Of a stretch of DNA of 64,000 bases, positions 37,182 to 46,100 are shown piece by piece (the first letter of the stretch is position 1; each line of letters starts with the position of its first letter). Below the pieces are notes generated by a model. That model did not search any database. It was not told the origin of the DNA and saw nothing but the letters and a program-made list of their open reading frames with translations. The stretch is from a virus. Position numbers and translations under genes: made by a program. The DNA lies in IMG/VR virus record IMGVR_UViG_3300025289_000028, positions 5,342 to 69,341 of that record. One strand, 5' to 3'.

Positions 37182-38285
37182 CTTTAAATAATCAGTCAAT
37201 ATAGTCTCAATGTTCTTAAAGTCCCAGTAAGGAATTCTTAATAATGGAATGTTATTGTTTTTGCAGTATTCGTTTTTTATTTGGTCGTTTAGTTGCCTTG
37301 CTTTAAATGTTTTTTCACCACCAAAGTATTTAAAAGCTTTAAAATGTTGAGCTCCATCAAATTCTACACAAGTATTATAATCTGGTAAATAAAAATCGAA
37401 AGGTAATTTAAAAACATTTTTACAATCATCAAAAGTTTTTTGATATGTAAATATTATATTTTTTTCTTCTAAAATTTTAGTAATTTTAATTTCTCCTTTT
37501 GAAAAATTTGAACACTTTGGACAACCATTTCCAAATAAATGCATTGCTGGCCTTTGTTTGAAAATACCATGTTTATTACAAATTATATCTACTTTTGTTT
37601 GGTTATTTACATATTTTACATTATCATAATTATAAGTATTTCCATGAACTTCAAAAGATTTTGCCAAAAATATTTCTTTAGTTCCAACATATCCACCACT
37701 ACATATGTCACATCCGCGTCCTCTTAAATGGTCTTTGGCTAATTGACTGAACTTTCCATGTTTATTACAAATTATTGTTACTTTATTATCATTTTTTGTG
37801 TATAAAACTTCAGAATAATCGTATTTATTATTATGTTTTTCATTAGATTTTTTTATAAAATCTTCTTTTGCATATTGATACGTTCCTGAACAATAAATAC
37901 AACCCCTTCCACTTAAATGACTATCAGGTCTTTGATTAAATTCTCCATGCTCTGGACAAATTATAATAATTGGTTGTTTATTATTTTTATATACCACTTT
38001 TGAATAATCGTATTTATTATCATGAACTTCATTTGATTTAATAATAAATGATTCTAAAGTATGTTTACTTGGTAATGTTCTTTCTCCTTCGTACATACAT
38101 TTCTTACAATTATATCCTTTCATGTGATTTCTTGGAGATTGTAAAAATTCGCCATGTTTCTCACATATAATTGTGGATTTTACTGAGGAATTAACATATT
38201 CAAATTTTGAATAATCGTACCTTTCTCCATGAATTTGTTTTGCATTAAAAATAAATTTTTCAATACTTATAGCTTTCCCACTCAT
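37158..38285 (-). CDS. Homing-endonuclease-like protein with 5 tandem Zn-ribbon modules and a C-terminal Vsr-like PD-(D/E)xK nuclease domain
   Basis: Repeats follow YDYSK(V/F)EY.N...K..IIC..HG.F.Q.P..H..G.GC..C. C-terminal 'LPFDFYLPDYNTCVEFDGAQHF' resembles the Vsr 'FVDGCFWH' core. Paralog of 52833..53987. Confidence 0.65.
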   Translation of the reverse strand: MSGKAISIEKFIFNAKQIHGERYDYSKFEYVNSSVKSTIICEKHGEFLQSPRNHMKGYNCKKCMYEGERTLPSKHTLESFIIKSNEVHDNKYDYSKVVYKNNKQPIIIICPEHGEFNQRPDSHLSGRGCIYCSGTYQYAKEDFIKKSNEKHNNKYDYSEVLYTKNDNKVTIICNKHGKFSQLAKDHLRGRGCDICSGGYVGTKEIFLAKSFEVHGNTYNYDNVKYVNNQTKVDIICNKHGIFKQRPAMHLFGNGCPKCSNFSKGEIKITKILEEKNIIFTYQKTFDDCKNVFKLPFDFYLPDYNTCVEFDGAQHFKAFKYFGGEKTFKARQLNDQIKNEYCKNNNIPLLRIPYWDFKNIETILTDYLKSILINSN

Positions 38286-38425
38286 TTTTTATTTTCTTTT
38301 TCAAAAAATTCTTTTAATAACTTTGCAATTAATGCCGATTGAGGAATTAAGCTTTCCTCGCTATATGAAGCAAGTTTTTCCAAAATTTCTTCTGGTAATG
38401 TGAATGTTTTAGTTTTCGTAGCCAT
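38282..38425 (-). CDS. ribbon-helix-helix small protein, 47 aa (not in ORF track), translationally coupled (ATGA) to the endonuclease gene
   Basis: MATKTKTFTLPEEILEKLASYSEESLIPQSALIAKLLKEFFEKENKK* shows the RHH beta-alpha-alpha pattern. Confidence 0.55.
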   Translation of the reverse strand: MATKTKTFTLPEEILEKLASYSEESLIPQSALIAKLLKEFFEKENKK

Positions 38426-38537
38426 TTTTAGTGTTTTGGTAATTATAAAACATTATTATTATATTGTAAAGTATTACTTATAATTATAAATAGTATAAAA
38501 AATTTTACATTCTAATAAAATGTATTACATTTGTAAA

Positions 38538-40925
38538 ATGGCAAAGAAAAAAATAGGTTCCGATAATCAGAAATACGTTATGGTGGTAGAGTCTCCATCA
38601 AAAATAAAAAAGATAAAAGAGATATTAAAAGAAATAGGATATCATAATTATGATTGTATAGCTTCGGTGGGACATATCTTGGAATTAGATAAAGGTGCAA
38701 AAGGAGTGGATAAAAAAAATAATTTTGAACCACATTACATTGTATCTGAAAGCAAGAAAGATGTTGTTAAAACATTAAAAGAATTTAAGAAAAATGGATA
38801 CGAATTTATTCTTGCTTCTGACTTAGACCGAGAAGGCTCATTTATAGCTCATTCAGTGGCTATAACTTTAGACCTTCCATTAGAAACAACTAAACGTGCT
38901 GTATTTAATGAGATAACAAAAACAGCAGTAAAAAACGCAATAGATAATCCTGGAATAATTGATAAAAATTTAACTAATTCTCAACAAGCAAGACGTGTTT
39001 TGGATAGAATTGTAGGGTTTGATTTAAGTGGGTTGCTCTGGAAAAAAGTAGCCCCTAATTTAAGTGCTGGAAGGGTGCAAAGTAGCTCCGTTAGACTGAT
39101 AGTTGAAAAAGAAAGGGAAATAAAATCTTTTGAATCGGATGTAGATTTTAAAACTACTGGAGCTTTTGAAACAAAAAAAAGAGTTTCAATAAAATCTATT
39201 TTAGATAAAAGATTTAAAGATAAGCAAACTGCACATAAATTTTTAAATGAATGTATTGGAAAAGAATTTATAGTTAACAATAAAGAAACAAAAATTGGAA
39301 AACGTACAGCTTCAGCACCATTTACAACAAGTACATTACAACAAACTGCTGGAAATAAATTAGGATTTAGCGTTAAAAGATGTATGGATACTGCTCAATC
39401 GCTTTTTTCCAAGGGGTTTATTTCTTATCACAGAACTGATTCTGTAATGCTTTCAGAAGATTCTATTAAAGAGATTTCCACACAAATAAAATCAAAATAC
39501 GGAGATAAATATTTATGCAACAAGCAATATAAGAACAAAAACAAAGGAAGTCAGGAAGCTCATGAAGGAATCCGTTGTTCTCATTTCGAACAAGAAACAA
39601 TATCTGGCTCTTCTGATGAAGTTAGACTTTATGATTTAATATATAAAAGAGCTTTGGCTTCACAAATGAGTGATGCAGTTACAGAACTTACAAAAATTAC
39701 TATTGGCACACAAAACATAAAAGAACAATTTGTAACTAAAGGGACAATTATAAAATTTGATGGGTTTTTAAAAGTATACAACGACACAGATGATAATAAA
39801 GAAGATAATGAAAATGAAGATAGTGATTCTAAAATCCTTCCACCTTTAGAAAAAGGTGATAAACTTTATTATAAAGAATTAGTTTCATCACAATCATTTT
39901 CAAAACCAGTACCAAGATTTAATGAACCTGGACTTGTTAAATCCATGGAGGAGCTTCAAATTGGCAGGCCATCAACCTACGCTACGATAATCCAAACAAT
40001 CCAAGACCGTGGATACGTTGAAAAAAAAGATATTGAACCAAAGGAACGTAAAATCCAAACATTAACTCTATCATCAACAAACAATAAAATAGAAGAAAGT
40101 GAAGTAATAGATAAATTTGGAGGAGAAAAAGGAAAATTAGTTCCAACAGAAGTTGCCGGAGTGGTAGTTGACTATCTAAAAAAACATTTCCCGGACATCA
40201 TGGATTATAAATTTACTGCAGAGACTGAAGAAAAACTTGATGAGATAGCAGAAGGAAATAAAGAGTGGCAACAGATGATTGGAGAGTTTTATGAACCATT
40301 CAGCAAGACATTAAAAGAAGCTGCAGGCGAAGAAGGAAAAGCCGGAATAAGAGAAATTGGCAAAGACCCAAAAACAGGCAAAATAATCTACGCTCGTTTA
40401 GGTAAATTCGGACCAATGATACAAATGGGAGAGAGTGTTGACAAAAAAAGTGATGAAGAAAAGCCAAAATTCGCCAAATTAAAAGAAGGACAAACAATAG
40501 AAAACATCACTATAGAAGAGGCATTAGAACTTCTTATATGGCCAAGAAATATGGGTAAACATAAAGGTGAAGACGTTTCAATTGCAATAGGACGCTTCGG
40601 CCCATACGTCAAAGTCGGTCAAATCTACAGTTCAATTTCTAAAGAAGAAGACCCTTCCACAATATCTTTAAAACGTGCAATAGAAATCTTTGAAGAGAAA
40701 AGTGCAGCAAAGAGTAGTAATACCATTAAAGAATTTAAAAAAGAAGGCATAAGCGTACTTAATGGTAAATTCGGAGCGTACATAAAATCTAAGACAGGCA
40801 ACCATAAAATTCCTCTAGGAAAAGAAGCTGATACTTTAACTTTAAAAGATTGTGAAGAAATTATTAAAGAATCTAAAAATTCACCGAAGAAGAAAAAATT
40901 CACTAAATTCAAAAAGAAAGAATAA
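38538..40925 (+). CDS. topA: DNA topoisomerase I (type IA)
   Basis: Toprim 'VMVVESPSKIKKI' and 'DLDREGS'. 'SAGRVQSSSVRLIVEKEREI' is a conserved TopA block. Active-site 'GFISYHRTDS'. C-terminal 'GRFGPYVKVG' and 'NGKFGAYIKSK' repeats. Start placed at MAKKK (38538); the ORF-track start is 38520. Confidence 0.9.
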   Translation: MAKKKIGSDNQKYVMVVESPSKIKKIKEILKEIGYHNYDCIASVGHILELDKGAKGVDKKNNFEPHYIVSESKKDVVKTLKEFKKNGYEFILASDLDREGSFIAHSVAITLDLPLETTKRAVFNEITKTAVKNAIDNPGIIDKNLTNSQQARRVLDRIVGFDLSGLLWKKVAPNLSAGRVQSSSVRLIVEKEREIKSFESDVDFKTTGAFETKKRVSIKSILDKRFKDKQTAHKFLNECIGKEFIVNNKETKIGKRTASAPFTTSTLQQTAGNKLGFSVKRCMDTAQSLFSKGFISYHRTDSVMLSEDSIKEISTQIKSKYGDKYLCNKQYKNKNKGSQEAHEGIRCSHFEQETISGSSDEVRLYDLIYKRALASQMSDAVTELTKITIGTQNIKEQFVTKGTIIKFDGFLKVYNDTDDNKEDNENEDSDSKILPPLEKGDKLYYKELVSSQSFSKPVPRFNEPGLVKSMEELQIGRPSTYATIIQTIQDRGYVEKKDIEPKERKIQTLTLSSTNNKIEESEVIDKFGGEKGKLVPTEVAGVVVDYLKKHFPDIMDYKFTAETEEKLDEIAEGNKEWQQMIGEFYEPFSKTLKEAAGEEGKAGIREIGKDPKTGKIIYARLGKFGPMIQMGESVDKKSDEEKPKFAKLKEGQTIENITIEEALELLIWPRNMGKHKGEDVSIAIGRFGPYVKVGQIYSSISKEEDPSTISLKRAIEIFEEKSAAKSSNTIKEFKKEGISVLNGKFGAYIKSKTGNHKIPLGKEADTLTLKDCEEIIKESKNSPKKKKFTKFKKKE

Positions 40926-40944
40926 ATATTTAAATTATAACATT

Positions 40945-41406
40945 ATGGTGAAAACTGTCCCAAAAATCAGAAAAGAAATTATTGAGAAGATATTAAAACT
41001 TCTTCCGGAGCCACATTCTGTTGATATTAGTATTTTTAAACACGAAGATACTAAAACAAAAATAGCCGGTATCGACTATAGTACATATGATAAATCTGGA
41101 AGAATGGAAAATCCTACTAATAAAAAACTTTTACAAATAATTGATGATGGAAGTCAAAAATATAAAGACCAAAAAATTCAACTAAAAGAAGCTTTTTTCT
41201 ATTTAGATAAACTGAAAAAAAGAAAATCTAAAACAGAAAAAGGTTATACTGAAATATATGGTGGTGGAGAAATTTCAGTAACACTAACAGAGTGGTGTGT
41301 CAAAATAGAATGTCGTAAAACCGATTTAGGATTAAGAAACAAAGCTGCAACGCTTCTTTTACAATTAAGCAAATTTCCAGGTGTACCGGTGGAATTCAAT
41401 TTCTAA
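40945..41406 (+). CDS. hypothetical protein (153 aa)
   Basis: Start at ATG 40945 (MVKTVPK) after the topA stop. Confidence 0.5.
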   Translation: MVKTVPKIRKEIIEKILKLLPEPHSVDISIFKHEDTKTKIAGIDYSTYDKSGRMENPTNKKLLQIIDDGSQKYKDQKIQLKEAFFYLDKLKKRKSKTEKGYTEIYGGGEISVTLTEWCVKIECRKTDLGLRNKAATLLLQLSKFPGVPVEFNF

Positions 41407-41416
41407 ATCTAAAACG

Positions 41417-41569
41417 ATGAATGAGAATATTATTTTAACTTATCTTATTGCTTCTTATTTAGGAAGTGTTTTTTGTTGCAGAATAATAGAAATTAAAACA
41501 GAATCATATATTTTTTGGAAATGGATTCCTGTTATAATATTAATTGCAATATTTTTTAACAAAAAATAA
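41417..41569 (+). CDS. small membrane protein (50 aa, 2 TM)
   Basis: In-frame ATG 41417 (MNENIIL); sits immediately upstream of the CRISPR array. Confidence 0.4.
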   Translation: MNENIILTYLIASYLGSVFCCRIIEIKTESYIFWKWIPVIILIAIFFNKK

Positions 41570-41603
41570 CATACAAACGTCTTTTACAGGAAATGTTATA
41601 ATA

Positions 41604-41839
41604 GTTTTATAACCGTTAGATTTTAGACCATCTTCAAGGTATAATTTGGTTTGTTTCGCCATTGCTCCATGTTTTATAACCGTTAGATTTTAGACCATCT
41701 TCAAGGAAGTTGGCAGTGGTATATTTCCCTGGTATTGTTTTATAACCGTTAGATTTTAGACCATCTTCAAGGCTGGTAACCAAACTCTTCGGCAACAATG
41801 GAAGTTTTATAACCGTTAGATTTTAGACCATCTTCAAGG
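41604..41839. CRISPR. CRISPR mini-array: 4 identical 36-bp repeats (GTTTTATAACCGTTAGATTTTAGACCATCTTCAAGG) and 3 unique spacers of 31, 30 and 31 bp. No cas genes in the window
   Basis: Repeats at 41604-41639, 41671-41706, 41737-41772 and 41804-41839. The spacers are tataatttggtttgtttcgccattgctccat, aagttggcagtggtatatttccctggtatt and ctggtaaccaaactcttcggcaacaatggaa. Confidence 0.9.
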
Positions 41840-42213
41840 GTAATCTGTGTAAATGATTGAATCTCAGAGTATTCAAGTAGGTACAAGCTCTCAAAAACTG
41901 ACCAAAAGTTGGTATATTTTATATAAAACGTCTTGTTTTTTTCATATTTTTCCATTAAAATCTCATTATTTCCATTGATATTTTTAATGTAAAATATGTA
42001 ATCTTTGTACTCTGAGTTTGTATATAATTCACACCCATCAATTTTCGAAATAAAAAATTCTTTCATTTCTGTTTCCTTGGCTTTTTGAGAAATGTATTTC
42101 TCAAACAACACTTTTCTCGTCAAAAATGAACACAAGTCCACCTTTATCCCAAGGTTTGTCCATGGTGTATCCTTAACTTTTTCTTGCTTTTCTTTCAAAA
42201 TAGCATTTGACAT
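41767..42213 (-). CDS. hypothetical protein (148 aa); ...LTRKVLFEK motif. The last ~24 codons are encoded by CRISPR repeat 4 and spacer 3
   Basis: Minus-strand ORF in an operon with 42216..42845 and 42876..43787. The 3' end reads into the array, so the true C-terminus is uncertain. Confidence 0.5.
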   Translation of the reverse strand: MSNAILKEKQEKVKDTPWTNLGIKVDLCSFLTRKVLFEKYISQKAKETEMKEFFISKIDGCELYTNSEYKDYIFYIKNINGNNEILMEKYEKNKTFYIKYTNFWSVFESLYLLEYSEIQSFTQITLEDGLKSNGYKTSIVAEEFGYQP

Positions 42214-42215
42214 AT

Positions 42216-42845
42216 TTAAGATTTATAAAGGGAGGGTCTCAACCGGTTGTATTCTATTTTTTTAGCTAAATGTCTTTCTATGTCAATATTGTAAAACTCA
42301 ATAAGTGAGCCTAAATGAAATAAAATATGAGAAAGCCCATAATCTTCATCTTTGTCAGAAGAAAATAAACACATCGACAAAGCTTCATTTAACCAGTGAG
42401 CAACATTTTTATTGAATTCCTCTCTGGGTCTTACATTAACAAAAAAATGATTTAATTCAGAGTTTTCAAATGGCTCAATCCAAGGATGTGCAGAAATTAT
42501 ATCAATTTTTTTGCCACCAATCAAATCGGTTATTCTAAGGATGACATTAGCTATTTCGTCTTCAAAAGTATCTTTAATACATTCTTTATATATTGCTCTT
42601 TTTTCAAGATTTATATTTTGAACGTCTGGATAACTTTCTAAACTAAGTAAATCCTTTTCATAAGAATTCCAATCAGCTCTTCGTCCTTTTTTAAATGCTT
42701 TAGCAATATCTCCTAAATTAGAAAATATGTATAACATTTCTTCTCTTAAGTCTTTTTCTTTTTCCCAGAACCCGTGGTCTCGACCAAGAATGTGTGAAGT
42801 TTCAATTAGTGCGTGAATGTTCATAATTTTGTTATATTGTAGCAA
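42216..42845 (-). CDS. hypothetical protein (209 aa)
   Basis: Minus-strand ORF, tightly linked. Confidence 0.55.
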   Translation of the reverse strand: MLQYNKIMNIHALIETSHILGRDHGFWEKEKDLREEMLYIFSNLGDIAKAFKKGRRADWNSYEKDLLSLESYPDVQNINLEKRAIYKECIKDTFEDEIANVILRITDLIGGKKIDIISAHPWIEPFENSELNHFFVNVRPREEFNKNVAHWLNEALSMCLFSSDKDEDYGLSHILFHLGSLIEFYNIDIERHLAKKIEYNRLRPSLYKS

Positions 42846-42875
42846 ATATAGTTATTAAAATTAAAAACTACACCC

Positions 42876-43787
42876 TTAAATATTCTCATGTTTATCCGAA
42901 AGCTCCATTAATAAATTCAATAAATTAAGACAGATTTCATTACCGTCATTGGATTTGTTAATTTTCTTAACTTCTTTATTATATTCTTCTAAGAATTTAT
43001 CTCCGGCTTTAGTATTAGAATTAATGTTAGAAACATATTTATTAGCAAAGTTAATAAAACTTTCTCTAAAATCTCTTTTTTCTGTTCTTAATTCCCATTC
43101 TTCTGTGGTAAAGAATTCTATACCAGAATTTGTGAAAATATAAAACATAGAGTCAACGGCTCCTTTTCTGTTTTTTGAGAAGGTAATTGTTCTTTCATTT
43201 GTTTTTTTATCAAAATTCATAATCATATGAATATCAATAAGCTGTTTAAGACAAGCCGCTCCTTTGTAGTCACCAGCTTTAGTATTATGCGAAATAATAA
43301 AAACAACAGCATTATTTTCCTCTGCCCATGTTCTTAAAATTTTACTAATATGATTTAACGCATCTTCTTCAGATAATTCAGTAAAATCCTCCATAGCTAC
43401 TGCCTGAATTGAATCAAGAATAACTATTTCTGGTTTTAAAGTATTTAATTCTTTGATATAATCATTAAAATGAGGATGAGTTTTTTTGTCAGCAATATAA
43501 GCATTACTATGTTTCGGTTTCACATTTGATGTTTGCTCACAAACTGAATTTAAGCTCACCTCCCTTTCATACATAGAAATAACAGTATTTGACATTACAC
43601 TCATTAGGTTGAGCATTAAACTAGTCTTGCCAGCTCCTGATGTTCCACTCAAAAGAATAGAACTACCTTTTACTAATCCACCTTTATTTGATAACCAGTT
43701 ATCAAATTTTTCATTACCAGTTTTTAAAGTAGGTTCATTACTCAATTTTACCTCTTTAACTTTTTGACTTTTAATTACAGTTTCCAT
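42876..43787 (-). CDS. RecA-superfamily ATPase, DnaB-helicase C-terminal-domain-like
   Basis: Walker A 'LSGTSGAGKTSLMLNL', Walker B 'EIVILDSIQAV', 'VVFIISHNTKAG'. Resembles the DnaB_C / KaiC / RadA fold. Confidence 0.65.
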   Translation of the reverse strand: METVIKSQKVKEVKLSNEPTLKTGNEKFDNWLSNKGGLVKGSSILLSGTSGAGKTSLMLNLMSVMSNTVISMYEREVSLNSVCEQTSNVKPKHSNAYIADKKTHPHFNDYIKELNTLKPEIVILDSIQAVAMEDFTELSEEDALNHISKILRTWAEENNAVVFIISHNTKAGDYKGAACLKQLIDIHMIMNFDKKTNERTITFSKNRKGAVDSMFYIFTNSGIEFFTTEEWELRTEKRDFRESFINFANKYVSNINSNTKAGDKFLEEYNKEVKKINKSNDGNEICLNLLNLLMELSDKHENI

Positions 43788-43906
43788 ATTTGTTTGCTCT
43801 TTTTAATATTAAACGGATTAAGAGCTTAAATGTTGCAATGTGTGAATTATGCAATTAAAATATTTCATTTCAATATGTTTGTAGCTATTTATAATAAATT
43901 AATGTT

Positions 43907-44095
43907 ATGAAGATTATTGATAGAAGTAATAAAGCAGCAATTGTTGAAATTACTAACATAGAGCTTAAACAAAGAGGATTTGATGCTATTTGGGATGATA
44001 TAAGGAAAGAGTTTACAGAAAACCTTTATGAAGTAGATAAAGTTGATGTTTCTGAGAAGACAATACTATTTAAACTAAAATTGAAAAAGTATTAA
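43907..44095 (+). CDS. hypothetical protein (62 aa)
   Basis: Short isolated plus-strand ORF. Confidence 0.35.
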   Translation: MKIIDRSNKAAIVEITNIELKQRGFDAIWDDIRKEFTENLYEVDKVDVSEKTILFKLKLKKY

Positions 44096-44490
44096 CCCCT
44101 TTCAAAAAATGGAATTAATATTTCTGTTGAGTTGCTCATTGTCACGAAGTCAAATTCAACATGTCGAAAAATAAAAAAATAAATTCCTTCCATTTCATCA
44201 AGCTCTGTTCTTACCCAATACTTTTTCTCAATTAATGTGACAAATCTATTATTACTTCTTATCTTTTCAGTTAAAACAATCCTATTTTTAAAAAAAACAC
44301 ATAGAAAACTATCAATTTGTGTTTCGGAAACAATTACATTACAGTCATTATCTTGTATAATTGTTGAAATAAAGCTTTCATTGATTTTAACAATTCCAAA
44401 AATAGATTCTTCATTTATATGAATATTATTGAATTCTGATGACGCTCCCTCATATCTATCACATTTTGAAATCGACTTATAGGGTTTCAT
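44092..44490 (-). CDS. hypothetical protein (132 aa)
   Basis: Minus-strand ORF. Confidence 0.5.
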   Translation of the reverse strand: MKPYKSISKCDRYEGASSEFNNIHINEESIFGIVKINESFISTIIQDNDCNVIVSETQIDSFLCVFFKNRIVLTEKIRSNNRFVTLIEKKYWVRTELDEMEGIYFFIFRHVEFDFVTMSNSTEILIPFFERG

Positions 44491-44491
44491 T

Positions 44492-45250
44492 TTAGATTCT
44501 TTGAATGTTTATTTCTTTTATGAATTTACCAGTAATTGAAACATAGTCGCAAAAAATATCTTTTATTTCAAAAGCCAGCATTTTTTTATTTTGGTCAAGC
44601 ATTAGAAACCTGGTTCCGGTAGCCATTGTTCTAACTTCTTTCGGTAGTTCAATATCTGTTTCGGCGTAATCTAAGTTTATTCTTATTTCAACATGCTCTT
44701 CATCTTCAACTTTTGAATTTTTATTTAAAGTCAACAATTCTAAAGACTCTTCACTTATTCTTTTTATCTTATCTTCTATCTTTTGTGCCTTTTCCTGAAT
44801 CATAGCATCCATTCGTTGAATCATGTCTTCCAATTTCTTTTCCTTGTCTTGAATTATGATTACTAATGATTTTATCTTTTCGTCGGCCAGCTTTAATAGT
44901 TCCTCTTTTTTTGTTTCAGAAACATTATTTATTTCAACATTGGCTTGTTCTGTTCCTTTTTTAATAGCAGATAAACTTTCTTCTTCTGGATTTGGAGGAT
45001 TTAAATTATCTTTTATTGGTCTTTTACCATTTGAATAATTTACTATTAAATTTTTTATATATTCGTCAGTTCCGGCCTTTTGATCATAGTTAGCGTTCGA
45101 CTTAAAGTTATACTTAAAATAAAATGTTTTTATAGCATCAAATTCTTGACCGTTATATTTTTCGACCAAATTTGGTACATCTGATTTTTTGGTGTGATTA
45201 TATTTTTCATATAAATCTTCCAAAAGTATTTGAAAATGTTCTTTGTTCAT
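44492..45250 (-). CDS. hypothetical coiled-coil protein (252 aa)
   Basis: Minus-strand ORF. Confidence 0.55.
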   Translation of the reverse strand: MNKEHFQILLEDLYEKYNHTKKSDVPNLVEKYNGQEFDAIKTFYFKYNFKSNANYDQKAGTDEYIKNLIVNYSNGKRPIKDNLNPPNPEEESLSAIKKGTEQANVEINNVSETKKEELLKLADEKIKSLVIIIQDKEKKLEDMIQRMDAMIQEKAQKIEDKIKRISEESLELLTLNKNSKVEDEEHVEIRINLDYAETDIELPKEVRTMATGTRFLMLDQNKKMLAFEIKDIFCDYVSITGKFIKEINIQRI

Positions 45251-45264
45251 ATCAATAATTATGT

Positions 45265-45298
45265 AAAATTAAAAAAGGGAGCTAAATAATTGCTCCCT
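45265..45298 (-). terminator. Rho-independent terminator downstream of ssb
   Basis: On the minus strand: AGGGAGC-aattattta-GCUCCCU hairpin followed by UUUUUUAAUUUU. Confidence 0.75.
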
Positions 45299-45322
45299 CT
45301 TAATTAATTGAAAATCAAAAAG

Positions 45323-45799
45323 TTAGAAAGGAAGATCGTCGTCTGAATCACTTCCAGTTGTTACGGTGGCTGCTGTTGCTGTTGTTTTTCCAGCTGTTTT
45401 TACATTTACAGGTGTTACTGTTTTTGTCGGAGCCTCTGTTTTTGTAGAAGTTTCTCCATCTTCAGATTTTTTAGAGTCAAGAAATTCAATAGTGAATGCA
45501 TTAACTTCTGTGGTATATCTTTTAACACCATCTTTATCATCCCAACTACGGGTCTGCAGTTTTCCTTCAATATAAACCAAACTTCCTTTTGATACATATT
45601 TAGAAATTAATTCAGCTTTTTCAGCCCAGGCAACAATATTGTGCCATTCTGTTTTTTGTTGTTTTACTCCAGCTTTGTCTTTGAAATTTTCAGACGTTGC
45701 TATAGCAAAATTTACCACTTTACTTCCTCCTTCGAAGTTTTTGAGTTCCGGATTAGCTCCAACTCTTCCTACTAAAATTACTTTGTTTACTGATGCCAT
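45323..45799 (-). CDS. ssb: single-stranded DNA-binding protein
   Basis: N-terminal OB-fold block 'VNKVILVGRVGANPELKNFEGGSKVVNFAIATSE', the acidic tail 'DDDLPF*', and a Gly/Thr-rich linker. Confidence 0.9.
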   Translation of the reverse strand: MASVNKVILVGRVGANPELKNFEGGSKVVNFAIATSENFKDKAGVKQQKTEWHNIVAWAEKAELISKYVSKGSLVYIEGKLQTRSWDDKDGVKRYTTEVNAFTIEFLDSKKSEDGETSTKTEAPTKTVTPVNVKTAGKTTATAATVTTGSDSDDDLPF

Positions 45800-45834
45800 T
45801 TTTTTGGTTTTTAAATTGTTTATGAATAGTTGTA

Positions 45835-45864
45835 CAAATATAATAAATAAAATTAACTTCCAAA
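45835..45864 (-). promoter_or_regulatory. Bacteroidota-type sigma-A promoter upstream of ssb: TTTG-N18-TATATTTG (-33/-7 elements)
   Basis: On the minus strand: ttTTGgaagttaattttatttatTATATTTGtacaa, ~35 nt upstream of the ssb ATG. No Shine-Dalgarno sequence. Confidence 0.5.
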
Positions 45865-45884
45865 ATTATTTTTCAAAATTCTTT

Positions 45885-46088
45885 TTAAGATTCGCCTATA
45901 GATGATATTTTCATTTTAGACGAGCCCGATCCCAATGTGTTATCACATAATCCAGATAAGATAATTTCAAAATACCACCAAGATGGATAATCATTATTAT
46001 TATCTTTTTTAACTTTATCGCAGTTTTCATTCCATTCTTTGGAATTTTTACTTGATTTCATCAACTCTATTACTTCTTGTTTTTCCAT
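45885..46088 (-). CDS. hypothetical protein (67 aa)
   Basis: Minus-strand ORF. Confidence 0.4.
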   Translation of the reverse strand: MEKQEVIELMKSSKNSKEWNENCDKVKKDNNNDYPSWWYFEIILSGLCDNTLGSGSSKMKISSIGES

Positions 46089-46100
46089 TTTTATATAATT

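Noticed and set aside
39070-39120. TopA 'SVRLIVEKEREI' resembles the recurrent RxVLIEK motif.
   Set aside because: This is a conserved block of bacterial topoisomerase I itself (E. coli has ...RLVVEREREI...), so it is not counted as an instance.
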